61,811 nt of DNA from Acanthaster planci (Eukaryota), in NCBI RefSeq assembly GCF_001949145.1, contig NW_019091360.1, positions 1,272,529 through 1,334,339 of the forward strand, in the 5' to 3' direction. The position numbers and the translations under genes were made by a program. The notes under the pieces were generated by a model, which was not told where the DNA came from, searched no databases, and saw only the letters and a program-made list of their open reading frames with translations. Below, one piece after another: positions 13,701 to 24,200 of the stretch. Every line of letters begins with the position of its first letter. Position 1 is the first letter of the stretch.

Positions 13701-14089
13701 ATTCATCCATGCATGGTTGATTCTCCGTTAGCTTGTTTGTCCTGTCCACTTGTCATTTTGCCTTTGTGGAAGATTCTGCGAGGATTGAAATGTCAGGCCC
13801 TCCATATTTGGCAATTTTATATCTATAAAAAAGAATCACCTTCTACAATACACTTGACCTTCAATGGATGTCTAATGGATTTCATACAGTGGAGAAGAAT
13901 ATAAAGTGGCACAAAAGTGTGTTTGAGAAAAATTCACAGAGTGGACGCTTTCAACTTTAGGTCTGGAACTTGGCCATAAAATACTTGAGATTCATGTCCT
14001 TTACTCTCCCCCCAAGGCCCAGTCGAGTCCTTCTTTTCAATGAATGTTTTTTTCTCTCTTTTGTGTGACAGGACAAGCGTAAGAAGTAG
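4691..14089 (+). CDS. TMBIM6: Bax inhibitor 1 (TMBIM6), spliced gene, 5'-partial (first coding exon not identified)
   Basis: Exons 4691-4799, 5305-5425, 6116-6164, 7729-7826, 8059-8138, 8611-8711, 10671-10752 and 14072-14089 have canonical splice sites and join in frame. Product contains [69 protein letters not shown] and a basic tail KDKRKK. Intron positions match those I recall for vertebrate TMBIM6. Confidence 0.96.
5305..5425 (+). CDS. TMBIM6: TMBIM6 coding exon ([40 protein letters not shown])
   Basis: aacag acceptor, gtagac donor; 121 nt. Confidence 0.93.
6116..6164 (+). CDS. TMBIM6: TMBIM6 coding exon ([17 protein letters not shown])
   Basis: ttcag acceptor, gtgagt donor; 49 nt. Confidence 0.92.
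6754..6929. mobile_element. piggyBac-like MITE
   Basis: TTAA-CCCCTTC ... GAAGGGG-TTAA: short inverted termini flanked by TTAA at 6750-6753 and 6930-6933. Confidence 0.6.
7192..7393. mobile_element. hAT-type MITE with 8-bp target-site duplication
   Basis: Imperfect TIR cagtgttgtagacc / ggtcttgactacagtactg; internal caagac/gtcttg motifs; flanks gttgctga and gatgctga match at 7 of 8 positions. Confidence 0.7.
7729..7826 (+). CDS. TMBIM6: TMBIM6 coding exon ([32 protein letters not shown])
   Basis: ctcag acceptor, gtaggt donor; 98 nt. Confidence 0.93.
8059..8138 (+). CDS. TMBIM6: TMBIM6 coding exon ([27 protein letters not shown])
   Basis: gtcag acceptor, gtaagt donor; 80 nt. Confidence 0.93.
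8611..8711 (+). CDS. TMBIM6: TMBIM6 coding exon ([34 protein letters not shown])
   Basis: gacag acceptor, gtacgt donor; 101 nt; DTQ signature. Confidence 0.95.
8906..9042 (+). repeat. 137-nt intronic repeat, copy 1 (copy 2 at 10850-10986)
   Basis: Near-identical direct repeat tgatggtatgat...gcacctttacaca in two consecutive TMBIM6 introns. Confidence 0.9.
9146..9600. mobile_element. Possible decayed non-autonomous hAT element
   Basis: Right end cacagctcta (reverse complement TAGAGCTGTG) preceded by clustered (t)cgaatattc-like subterminal motifs; left boundary uncertain. Confidence 0.35.
10671..10752 (+). CDS. TMBIM6: TMBIM6 coding exon ([27 protein letters not shown])
   Basis: tgcag acceptor, gtcagg donor; 82 nt; DLFLDF signature. 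Confidence 0.94.
10850..10986 (+). repeat. 137-nt intronic repeat, copy 2
   Basis: Direct repeat of 8906-9042 with a handful of substitutions. Confidence 0.9.
11482..11520 (+). ncRNA. Minimal type-I hammerhead ribozyme-like motif in PLE terminal repeat (copy 1)
   Basis: gcct-TTGAGAA-a-gattct-gct-aggatt-GAAA-cg-TC-aggc: stem I gcct/aggc, stem II hairpin, GAAA core, palindromic ACGT stem III, GUC cleavage triplet. Core deviates from CUGANGA. Confidence 0.6.
11605..11866. other. Assembly gap (262 N)
   Basis: Run of N. Confidence 1.
13760..13798 (+). ncRNA. Minimal hammerhead ribozyme-like motif, copy 2 (more degenerate)
   Basis: gcct-TTGTGGA-a-gattct-gcg-aggatt-GAAA-tg-TC-aggc at the same position in the second terminal repeat. 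Confidence 0.5.
14072..14089 (+). CDS. TMBIM6: TMBIM6 terminal coding exon (DKRKK*)
   Basis: Polypyrimidine tract plus gacag acceptor; gives the lysine-rich C-terminus typical of BI-1; TAG at 14087-14089. Confidence 0.85.
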   Translation, partial: DKRKK

Positions 14090-17000
14090 AGTGCCTTACT
14101 TGTTATCTTCACAACAGATGTATGTTCTACCTGCTTCAGTTATCATCACTTAAATCTGTGGAAGTAAAAAAAAAAGTTTAGTTCAGTAATTTGTTTTAAA
14201 TATTGATACTTGATTGTTCACATTTTCTGTAATCGGCCCATTATGATCAATAGTTGAATTTACATTTACACGGGTGATCATTTAAACAAGTAGTAGATAT
14301 AGTACGGTGTAATGGCAAACTTAAAGGATTTTCTTTATTCAAGAGTTGTAAGAAAGTCTTTGACGGTCAGTCTCAAGTCCCAAGCTACAAGAATCTATTT
14401 GATCTGAGAGAGAGGCATAGTTTTTAAACCTTTGGCAGTGGTGGCCACCTGTTTCTTTTGAACTTACTTGAGATTTTTGATCACAACTCTGATATTTTCT
14501 CCTTTATTTGGGCACTTCATACAGTTTCTTTTGTTTTGATTATGTTAATGTTTAAATTGATATTTGGTGACGTATGTACATGTATGGCGGTGTTTTGTTT
14601 TCACACTGTACAAGTTTGAACAAGTTATTAAGTATGTATCTTAATGTGACAGCAATTAATTGGCAAACTATTTAGACTCTTGCAAGATCTTAGAAAATAG
14701 TTTCTTTTTTCCTATGGGCTAAAGTTTATCATCGTAAACAGAATTTTCTTTAATGTTTCTGCAATGCAGGTGTACACATTTAAAATAAAAACGACAAAGA
14801 TTGAAGTAATTGTGGCAAACTTAGTATGAAGGTTACAGCAGTAATGTTTAATAGATATGCTGTTATTTGTGACTGACCCTCACAAAATGTGCTGAAGTCA
14901 CATTTAAGTAAAAGCTTGCAAGAGAAGTTTGAACAGTGCCAATAGGAAATAACATTTTTCACCCACAAAAATGTCCATTTTCATCAGGATGGCCAACATC
15001 AACATCTTTGTCATGCAAACTGAAACAAACTTAACCCCAACAGGGCTAAAACCTCCGATTTCAGTATGATTTTACAATCACACACCCTAAAGAGTTTGCG
15101 TTAATGAAAAAAGGCCTCTAGAGTCATTTTGTGGGATCTTGTTCCATTTTTATAACTACTTGTTCTCACAATTTGGGGAAAGGATGGTATTGATTGTTTT
15201 GTTGTGTGAATCCATGGTGACACGGAAGGCTATGTATGGTGCGCACTTTGTACAAATTTGAATGTTTTAATTATCTCATTGTAGTATAAATTCAGGCTTA
15301 CATTTTCAAATTCAAAGTGAAATAGTCCGAGTAATTTCGTCAGATGTTGATGTGAAGATCACCTGGGTAACTTAAATAGCTGGAGGAAAGGATTCTTCTG
15401 ATTATCTTAGTTCAGGGAGGGAATTGGTCGATGAATTCATATTCACTGTGTGTCAGTACACTGCTCATGCTGTGAAGAACTACATTCAACCTGAGCTCAA
15501 AGCGGCAAGGAAGTTGTAATTGCATTTCATTGCAATCAAGATTTGCTGATAATTGCTATTGTTATACATTGTATTTGGATTTAAATATCTGTACTCGGTG
15601 GACGAACCTTTTTTCTGTAGTATACACAGTGATCTTGTATCACTTGGGCAGTTTGTATGCTAGCATACTTTCTTGATGTGACTGTCTTATTGGCTATTTA
15701 GATATTTAGAAGCTTTTGCAACCAAATTTTTGGCGTGTGTGGATTTATATACAGCATGAAATTGTGAGCAGCGTAAAATGTTCGTTTATAAATCAGGTTC
15801 GGACGGAGGCAACATTATTTGGCAAGCAAGGGATCAGCCGAGGTCAAGTGTCCGAACAGCTTCGGCAACTCACGAGTCGGATGCATTGATGAAAAATGAA
15901 ATCGCCAGGTGTTTGGACTGTAACCTGGAATCTCGGCAGTCTGCTCGAGTCGGCCGACTGACTCAGAGATGGTCGAATTCAGGGGCTTGCAGATTGCACC
16001 TTCGTTGCAGTGACATTTTGACTTTCTGCAGTGTTTCAACTAATTATTGCAAATAAAGGCAGAATTGGTAATGGCGAATGATGTGACCTGTTTTTCAGCT
16101 GAAGTTGTTTTGCGTTAATGTGTGATAAGGTAAAAAGACAGTGGAGGCGCCCTATCTGCATCAACTATATATAAACTGTCCAGCCACTTTAATTCTACAT
16201 ACAACCACATGTACATTCGTATTACATGTGTATGTACTGCCATGCTATGAACCAACGGATCTATCGTGGGGGGGGGGTGTTCATGGCCACGTTATGTCTG
16301 TCTCGAGACACATGCACAAAGCATTTCGTACCCGCGATGTTTCCGTGACCTTTTGAACGACTTCGGCTGAAAGTTTACCCACAGTGCTATATCTGCTCGA
16401 CTTTGAACAGACGGGCCGATATTCAACAAGTGTAGGCGAGGTTTTCGAATGTTTCTCGGTAACCATCATGTGATACCGCAACCTGCAACCGGCTGGTCTG
16501 GTAGCGGCTCCGACGAAACGGATGACAACAGCGTGAAACGCAAACCTGTACTGATATTCCATCGGGCTGCGCGCTCAATCCCTTGAACTTTGGGTGAGGC
16601 TTGTAACGAGCCATAAAAAACACTTTTTATGAGGTCGTGTAGAGGTGACATTTAATGCAGGAACCGATGAGGTTCGCCACTTTGCGTGATAATTTTGATG
16701 CGTACCTCGGAGCTCAATATCCTCGTGTGCTCACTCATGGTCTACCATAATCGGCGTTTAATCAAAACCATTGAACAAAATAATCACAACTGTGAGAACA
16801 TCACGCAGGAATAGAGGAAACATGCATTGAATAAGTACATGTAATGCTTGCAAAATTATCCCCATATTAAGTTATCTCGTCAGTATCTTCATAGCTTATA
16901 ATAATGAGCCATTCTCTATTTTGTAACAGCCGAGCAAATCCGTGGATGACGCGCCCGCCGTTTTCCTCAACAGTTGTATTCTTGACCGTGGAATTTTTGA

Positions 17001-17114
17001 AATGACGATCCATTATGGTTTAATAGGAGCTACTTTAAAAAATTGTTACAGTTCATCTTCGCATTGCTTTGTAATGTGAATGTGAGCGAATGGCATAGAC
17101 CTTCGTTAAAGAAC

Positions 17115-17633
17115 GGGGTTTAGGACATAGGTCCTACGTCCCACTAGTCCTACTGTTTTGTGCAATGGATCAAAGGTCCTATACGCCCCGTGGGTCTATC
17201 CTACGCCGCCCAGTCGGTCCTACGCTCCGTCATCGGTCCTACGCCCCATTGGTCGGATGGAAAAATAGTCTTATGTCCAATTGAAATTTCGTATGAAATT
17301 CATGACTTTCATTTACTATTTTTGAAAAGTTATTTATTAATATGTTCTCTGAAAAAAATTGAGCACGGTATTAATCATGTGACCGATAACGTTTGATTAA
17401 CAGGTTCATAATGGCTAACGGATTCAAATGATATCCTAATATAGAGTGACATTCCATATATGTGCCTCCCAACACAATGGGGGATCTGTTAGAGGGTTCT
17501 AATTATAACATATTCATATTTCTTTTTTTAGAAATAATAAAGGTGATCAGCCTACAGTGACTGCTATGTGTCTTTGTTCATTATATTTCACAGACGTAGG
17601 ACCAATGGGACGTAAGAGTATTACGACGTCCCC
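17115..17633. mobile_element. Non-autonomous DNA transposon remnant with ggtcctacgccc-like subterminal repeats
   Basis: About six direct (g)gtcctacg-like units at 17130-17250, inverted units gtaggaccaatgggacgtaag near 17596-17616, gggg...cccc ends. Confidence 0.55.
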
Positions 17634-18118
17634 TGCCAGACTACCTCCCGTGAGCTCGAGCAGACGGGTCACCAGTGGCGATTAGTGTCCATCACGATTT
17701 AGAATGTTGTTAAAATTAGTTTTAAAATGTAAATTCGGTAGGCATTGAAATATTTCGATAACCACACAAACGGAGCTGTCATTCCATGCATGCAAAGCTG
17801 GGCTCGACTGTCCCCGTAAAACTTTCCAGGGGCCTCGGTGTTAGGGCCTACCAAGGCAGACCTTCAACCCTTGATGGCTTGTGATGAATAACCCCTGCAC
17901 ATACACGGCAAACTTGTGGGTCAACTGTTATCTTTCAGCCAATCCTTGACTTTTCTGCTCATTTTGTACTTCGCTCCCGGGTCACGTATTGGTGGCGTAC
18001 GTGATGTGCGGCTTTGCTACCTGGTGCTAGCTCCTGTTAACACCGGCCGGCATCCAATCTTCATTACTCGCTCAATTTGGAGGACTTACCACACCGTGTC
18101 TTCAACAACTTGTACAGC

Positions 18119-18206
18119 ATGGAGGCAAAACGGTTGTTACTTATGCTTCTGGTCGCCACACCTGCATTCTTGGTGTCAGTAGATAGCAGCAGCTTGGAAG
18201 AACAAG
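18119..18206 (+). CDS. EGFR-II/CUB gene exon 1, signal peptide (MEAKRLLLMLLVATPAFLVSVDSSSLEEQ)
   Basis: ATG, basic n-region and hydrophobic core, phase-1 donor aag/gtagcc. Confidence 0.8.
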
Positions 18207-21200
18207 GTAGCCATTTATGATAGAATTATGACTTGCACAGACATTGAAACCTAAATAAGCGTAACTATTTTACGTATGCCGTACTTCATAAATCTCATAG
18301 CTGCATTAAATGCGAGTGGTGTTTTCAAGTTGCGGTAATGACGGCTGTGCTAACGAAAATCAGAAGATATTGGAATCGGATTCTTTACTCCTTCACGCGG
18401 AAACTCTGATACTCTGATTTATTGTTGTTGGTTTTTTTTTGCTTGGTATCATTGACAAGGTTCAGTTTGATTTCACTCATCACTGTGTGAAAAGCGGAGA
18501 GAGTACATGGGACGGAATGGGAATGGTCGTTCATTTGGTTGCTGGCTTGAAAATAATCGGTGCGTTCACACGTACAGGTGAACCACGAGAAATGTAACGT
18601 GGTCTCTTAGCTCATTACACGGCTGTCGCAACGATGGACCCAACTTTGTCATCGGTATTAGAAATGTTTGAAAAGGGTACTCTTTAGGAAAAAGGGGCTA
18701 GATAAGTTTAAGCTTCAAATTCATTCTGAAACTAAAAAGCCTGGCAAAGTAGCACGAGGCATACGGTATATGTTTAATATTTGAATCCATTATAGTCTAC
18801 CTTTTGTGAGAGCAAACGGGAAATTTGTATTCTTCTGCTGTACAGTCAACACAAAAACATCAACATAAAAAAAAACACAGTGAAACGGTGAGCATGCCTC
18901 CATTTTTTGATCGAATAGAACCGGCCTGGATTCATCATAACCATTCGCTTCTCTTATTTGCTGTCAGGCTGCCACGAGCAATGTACCAATGGATGTTTTG
19001 GACCAGGTGCAGAGGAGTGCTGCCATGAACAGTGTGCACCTGATGACGGATGTACTGACTCGACTGACATGGGATGCACGGTGAATAGACGTCAGATCTT
19101 GTACAATTTAAGACTTACATCTGTTACACTCAGTGACGTACGAAAAATCAGGAAATTTATTTAGGGAAGTGATAAGCAACTTTCCTTTGTTCAGCAATTT
19201 CTGGTCTTAGCTGCTCTGAAATTGACCCTGTCGTAGATTGCTGTCAGTCGCAGTGACTTGACCACGGATAGCCAAATTAACAACCTCCTGAATTCTGCGC
19301 CATTGTTTTCACCACAAGGTTCAGATATATTGTCAGACAGCAGTGTTGTGACCTTGGAACAGAGGAAATGGTGTAGACATTTTTCAAGAAAAAGTGACTT
19401 ACAACTTCAGTCCCATCCGCAATAATTTCGGGGTCGGCGGGTGAGTCTGATGATGGACGCTCGTTAATGTTAACCAATTACCTCGACATTTTCTCCCATA
19501 GGCCTACATCTTCCCCACATCCAGTCCTCAGGAGTTTTTCCATTATTATAAATGTAGGATTAATGTCAGTTGACCGCGGTTTTCACATTAATTTCAGATG
19601 ACTTTTTACAATTTCGTATGAGAAAGCAGCCTTCCCTCTTATTTCTGAAACAAATTCCCCTTCTTTTTAGGACTGTCTAAACGTAAGGTTGGACGGGAGG
19701 TGCCGAACTGATTGCGGTCCAGCCTTCATCTACAACGAAGTCACCTTTGAATTAGAACCAAATCCAGACTTCAAGTTCCAACATGGATACCAGTGCGTGG
19801 AAAAGTGTCCCAAATGTAAGAATTGTTTAACACGTTATGACCGGTAGATTCATTTTACAAGGTTGAAGACGTGATATCCGTGACAACTGTTTTAGCTACG
19901 ATAGTGTCTGGACTAAAGCTGTGCCTTTACTGGTATTGGGGAACCGGTTACCCGATTTAAAAGTAAGGGCATCCGGTTTATTATAAGGAAGCAACATCAT
20001 GTATTTCGATCCCTGCATACAGATATTTCATTCAACTCTGAACGACAAATCACCACGTGCATCGGTATGCCAATACACACAAGATTGAAGTATGTGGCTT
20101 TATAAGATAAATTTTGGAAAGCGTCATGAACATTTATCGATTTTGATTTCCACTGTTAGCTGGTTTTTATCTTGAAAATTGTTCACAGCCAAAATTATAA
20201 ACCTTTGCCGTTCATTTTCAGAGAAATTACAAAATAATATGTAAATATTGTTATGGATACTCGGATACCTTTACCACTACAACGACGACAGCGAAAATGG
20301 CAACGACAACAACGACGACGACGAAAACAAACAATAATAATAGTAATAATTAGTTTAACAACAAAACAAAACAACAACATTAACACTCATGGTGTTTTTC
20401 CCCAACTTGAGAATGGAAGATTATGTGTCGCTCTATTTGCTTTTGCCAAAGTTGCCTTTACGGAGCACTTCAGCTGCCTTGAGGTGTGCGGCAAAGGCTA
20501 CAGAGCGGAAGGAGATCAGTGTGTCCGGTGTGGTGGGGCCTGCCCTGTACGAGGTACGTAGACCCAAGGAACTGCACATGGCCCTTCACATTGACAAGCG
20601 GTAAGCGAAAACGCTGACAGGAAAACAATTGTATCGCGCGATATTTTCATGTTTTTTGAGAGCACATGTAGGCTATGCAAATCACTGACGAACGCATAGG
20701 CCAACTGGTCCTATTGAAAAGTACGCGGGCTTTTCGTGATCTGTGCAGCGCCCGGTTAAAATAAAAACTATGGGCAAATTCAGCCCTCGTTGTAGGGAAT
20801 TTACGCACATTTTTTTTAAGAATTCCAGCCACAAAATTCTATGAAGCCATTTTTCAATTGTAAAAAGTCCTCTATTTACTTAACCTGTCCCTTAGGGATT
20901 CAAAACAATGCGGTTGGTCGTTCTCGTATGGTCACGAACAGCTCGATTTGTTGTTCGTGGGTCGGCCGGGAACAAACAACCGGTTATCGCTGGTAGTTAG
21001 TGGCAAGTCACATGCAACATGGCGGCGTCTATGTATGTTCTTCGAAGGTTAATGTTTGGATAACTTGGCTGAATTCTGTTTTATTCTAAAAGGAACCTTC
21101 ATTACTGTGTTATGGAAAATCATTAATTGTATTAAAAAAACCTTCCTATTGTGTCTCCGGCTTGGTAAACCATCTCACTATTCACAATCCCACAACCCCA

Positions 21201-24200
21201 CGAGTTTTCCGCCCAAACTCAACCTTAGCTTCCACGAGTTGACTCTTCTTTAACCTCGTCTCCACCGTCTCGCTTGCTTGTCACAGCACACATAGCCATC
21301 TCCACAGACAGCTCAGGGTTACCCCATGTAAGCTAATCAAACGCACGCAATATTGATTATGTCCAACACGCGAAAGTCCGATATGCACGCGCGTATGAAG
21401 CGCGAATCTGGAACCTGTACATGTCATAGACATGGTATCATGTGGCATTGGAGAAGAGCACGTGCTAAGTGTCCACGTACGCCATGGTCGGGCTTACTGG
21501 ATTGGTCAATTGGATTATATGGTAACATTGACGACTTGCTGGGTAAATTAAAGGTGGCAAGAAAAAGCTGTATGGTTTGTTTAACATTGTGTAATCACAA
21601 GAATAAGTGAGTCGCCCCACTGGAAATTTGGAAAACGGAGAGAAAGCATAATAGGCCTAGTACCCATAACATTCTGGCTCCCTCAACTCGCTCCCTACAG
21701 TGAGAACCCCGGGCTGCGCGCCCCTGAGTGTGGTGTTGGCTCGACGATTAGTCACAGCGATGCTGTTTAACATTGTTTGGAAGTCGTCATGCACCAGATA
21801 TCAACATTCAGCGCCTTGAAACCAGGTCGAAGGTGCTAGAAATGAACCCAAAAACTGGCCATACTCAACGAGGAAGACGCCCTCAATCACAGAAAAGATA
21901 GATTTATATGACCAAAGATATAGACGGACCATCCGTGAAAAGTGTGCTGGAGCCTGGACTAAAATCCTCGAAATTGACAGTCACATTAACATCAATGGTT
22001 ACGTTTTGAAATGAATTAACGTACAGGTGAAGTCAACCCACTTGTGAACGACCAGTGTGATGGAGTCAAACAACATCAGTGGGGTGTGATTAACAGGAAG
22101 AACAGCCCAACAGGTAACGTGACCTGTACACAGGTGTTGATTGGGCAACCGGGTAGTAAGTTGAAGGCAAAGCTTATGGACGTGAGCATTCAAAGCGGCA
22201 TCGGTAAGTTACATTTAAAAAAGGTAAACATGACAGCAAAATACACAGCGCCTGCATTCGCATAAAGCCCCTTCGTGTGATTCATGAATTGTCGATCACC
22301 GTGATGGCACGGAATTGTGCGTCCCAAAGTAGTGGGCACAGTGGTGCGGCCTCATCGCAAAAAAGAGGTTCCATTTAACCGACAAATGGAATTTCCATTT
22401 ACTTGGTCACAACAAATTTCAGAATTGTATTGGGGATATATTTACTTTTCAGGACTTATTCAGGCGTTGCATAAAATAAACAATAAATGTTTCATATTCG
22501 TGTATTTGTGACCATTCATATTCCATTTGCCAGCTTATGAATATTATTATTCTTATTATGCATTCATTATTTGTATATTGTATATTAACAAGACTTGTAA
22601 ATTAGGTAGCCCTTTTGCATAAAGAAAGTAATCGCCATCATCTGCAGAAACGAACTTTAAGTTGGTCAGAATGAACAATGGAATTTTAAATCACATCGTC
22701 TGATGAAGAGAATATCCTCTCTGTTTTCTTGAAAAGTTGTGTATTTGAATCTTGCAGCCAACCGTAAATCGTTGGCTATCTGTAGTAATGGCGGACAATA
22801 ATTTACAGAATTGTTTTAATATCCTTGCATGACACATCCCTCGAATTTTGTAAGGACGCACAGAAATGACAAATTTCGGTTAAAATGTTCAGGCGGGACA
22901 TCCTCATTTTGGCAGATGAGAAGCTGGTACTCGTTGCCGATGGTTACCGCCAAAGTTTTGACCGCGAGACCTACGCCACAACCTTGTACCTAGATAGCAA
23001 CGTTCTCATCGTCCAGCATCGCACGGTGGCTACGGGCAATGGGTACATGCTAGCCTACAATTTCATGGCTCCCGAGGGCGAAGTCGCCGAAGGTAGGCTG
23101 AAGTGGCATCCGGTTTCCTCATATGAACAAGCAACGGCTATATAGAGAGATTGGGTAGTCTCCGTGATTTCATATGGTCGCCAAGCAAATCAGTAGTGTA
23201 CATTTTTTATATAACTATGATGGCCGATAACTCGAAGGACCATTTCATACATGTACATGTACCTATAGCGCGATAAGTTGACACGAACGTGAATTTGTGA
23301 CCCCAGAATGAATGTTTGCGCTGTGAATTCCCTAAGGTTTAACACATTTCATCTCTAGCAAATACGGCAAACATTTCATTGACAAATAAGTGCATCTTTT
23401 GATTACTCGAAGTGAATCATAGGCAGAAAAGAACCTCGAAGAGTTCATTTTTGAAGAAAGGTTTCCAGAATAAAGCAAGTCCATGGTAATCGAAAGGTCT
23501 TTTGAAAATGACAAAGTTACCCAAGCGTTCCTTCTTGTCTTCAAATAGTTACCTTTCTACATTTATTTGTTTATGTATTTATTCTGGCAAAAAAGACAAT
23601 TTATAGGCCTAATAACAGTCACAGTACAAAACACAAAAATACTAAGAATAGTAAAAGACAGAAGCCAAGGATAGCCCAAGAAAGCTGTAATAAACAGCTT
23701 ATTTACATCGGGGACCTCACAAAAAATTATACAATACTAAAAACATTAAAAATACACTGGTGGTTAACATCGATTTTTTTAAATGTGTCAGATTTTGAAA
23801 AATAACCCACAAATTTAAATTTTAAAATTCGGATTTTGATGACAGGTATATTTTGACGGCTTTTTTAAATTTCGGAGAGTATTACAACTTTTTACTTCAT
23901 TGGGAAGCAAATTCCAAAAGTGTACTCCAGTATAGAAGAAAGTGTTGCATTCAGGCCCCTTTATACAGGGAACAACAACATTGGTTGTACTACTCCTACT
24001 GGAATAACTGTGCGTATTGGAAACTCTTTTGAAATTCTCACAAAGACAATCTGGTGCCATATCATGAATAAGTTTATAAACCTGATTCAATTTCCACTGT
24101 ATTACCCGATCATTTACATTTAAAAAACCCAACCTATTCAATTCTGCCTGTCCAATATGAGATCTGGGACCTAGGCTTAGAATAAAACGGACGATCTTAT

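Larger units (their letters stand above)
11380..13810 (+). mobile_element. Decayed Penelope-like retroelement (PLE) with direct terminal repeats (pLTRs), inside the last TMBIM6 intron
   Basis: Frameshifted RT motifs [109 protein letters not shown]. Direct repeats of about 150 nt at 11380-11530 and 13658-13810. No GIY-YIG domain seen. Confidence 0.9.

Noticed and set aside
16281..16651. CpG-rich patch with ORFs in all three minus frames between the first two genes
   Set aside because: No motif or exon structure; cannot be distinguished from repeat or regulatory DNA by eye.
17130..17255. Short spaced repeats resembling a CRISPR array
   Set aside because: Units are about 10 nt, degenerate and irregularly spaced, recur inverted at 17596, have no cas genes nearby, and the context is eukaryotic. 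They are transposon subterminal repeats.
18968..20553. Calling this gene EGFR, insulin receptor, furin or tolloid/BMP1
   Set aside because: No L domains, TM, kinase, subtilase or astacin domain is present. The signal exon splices directly to domain II, and domain II to CUB.
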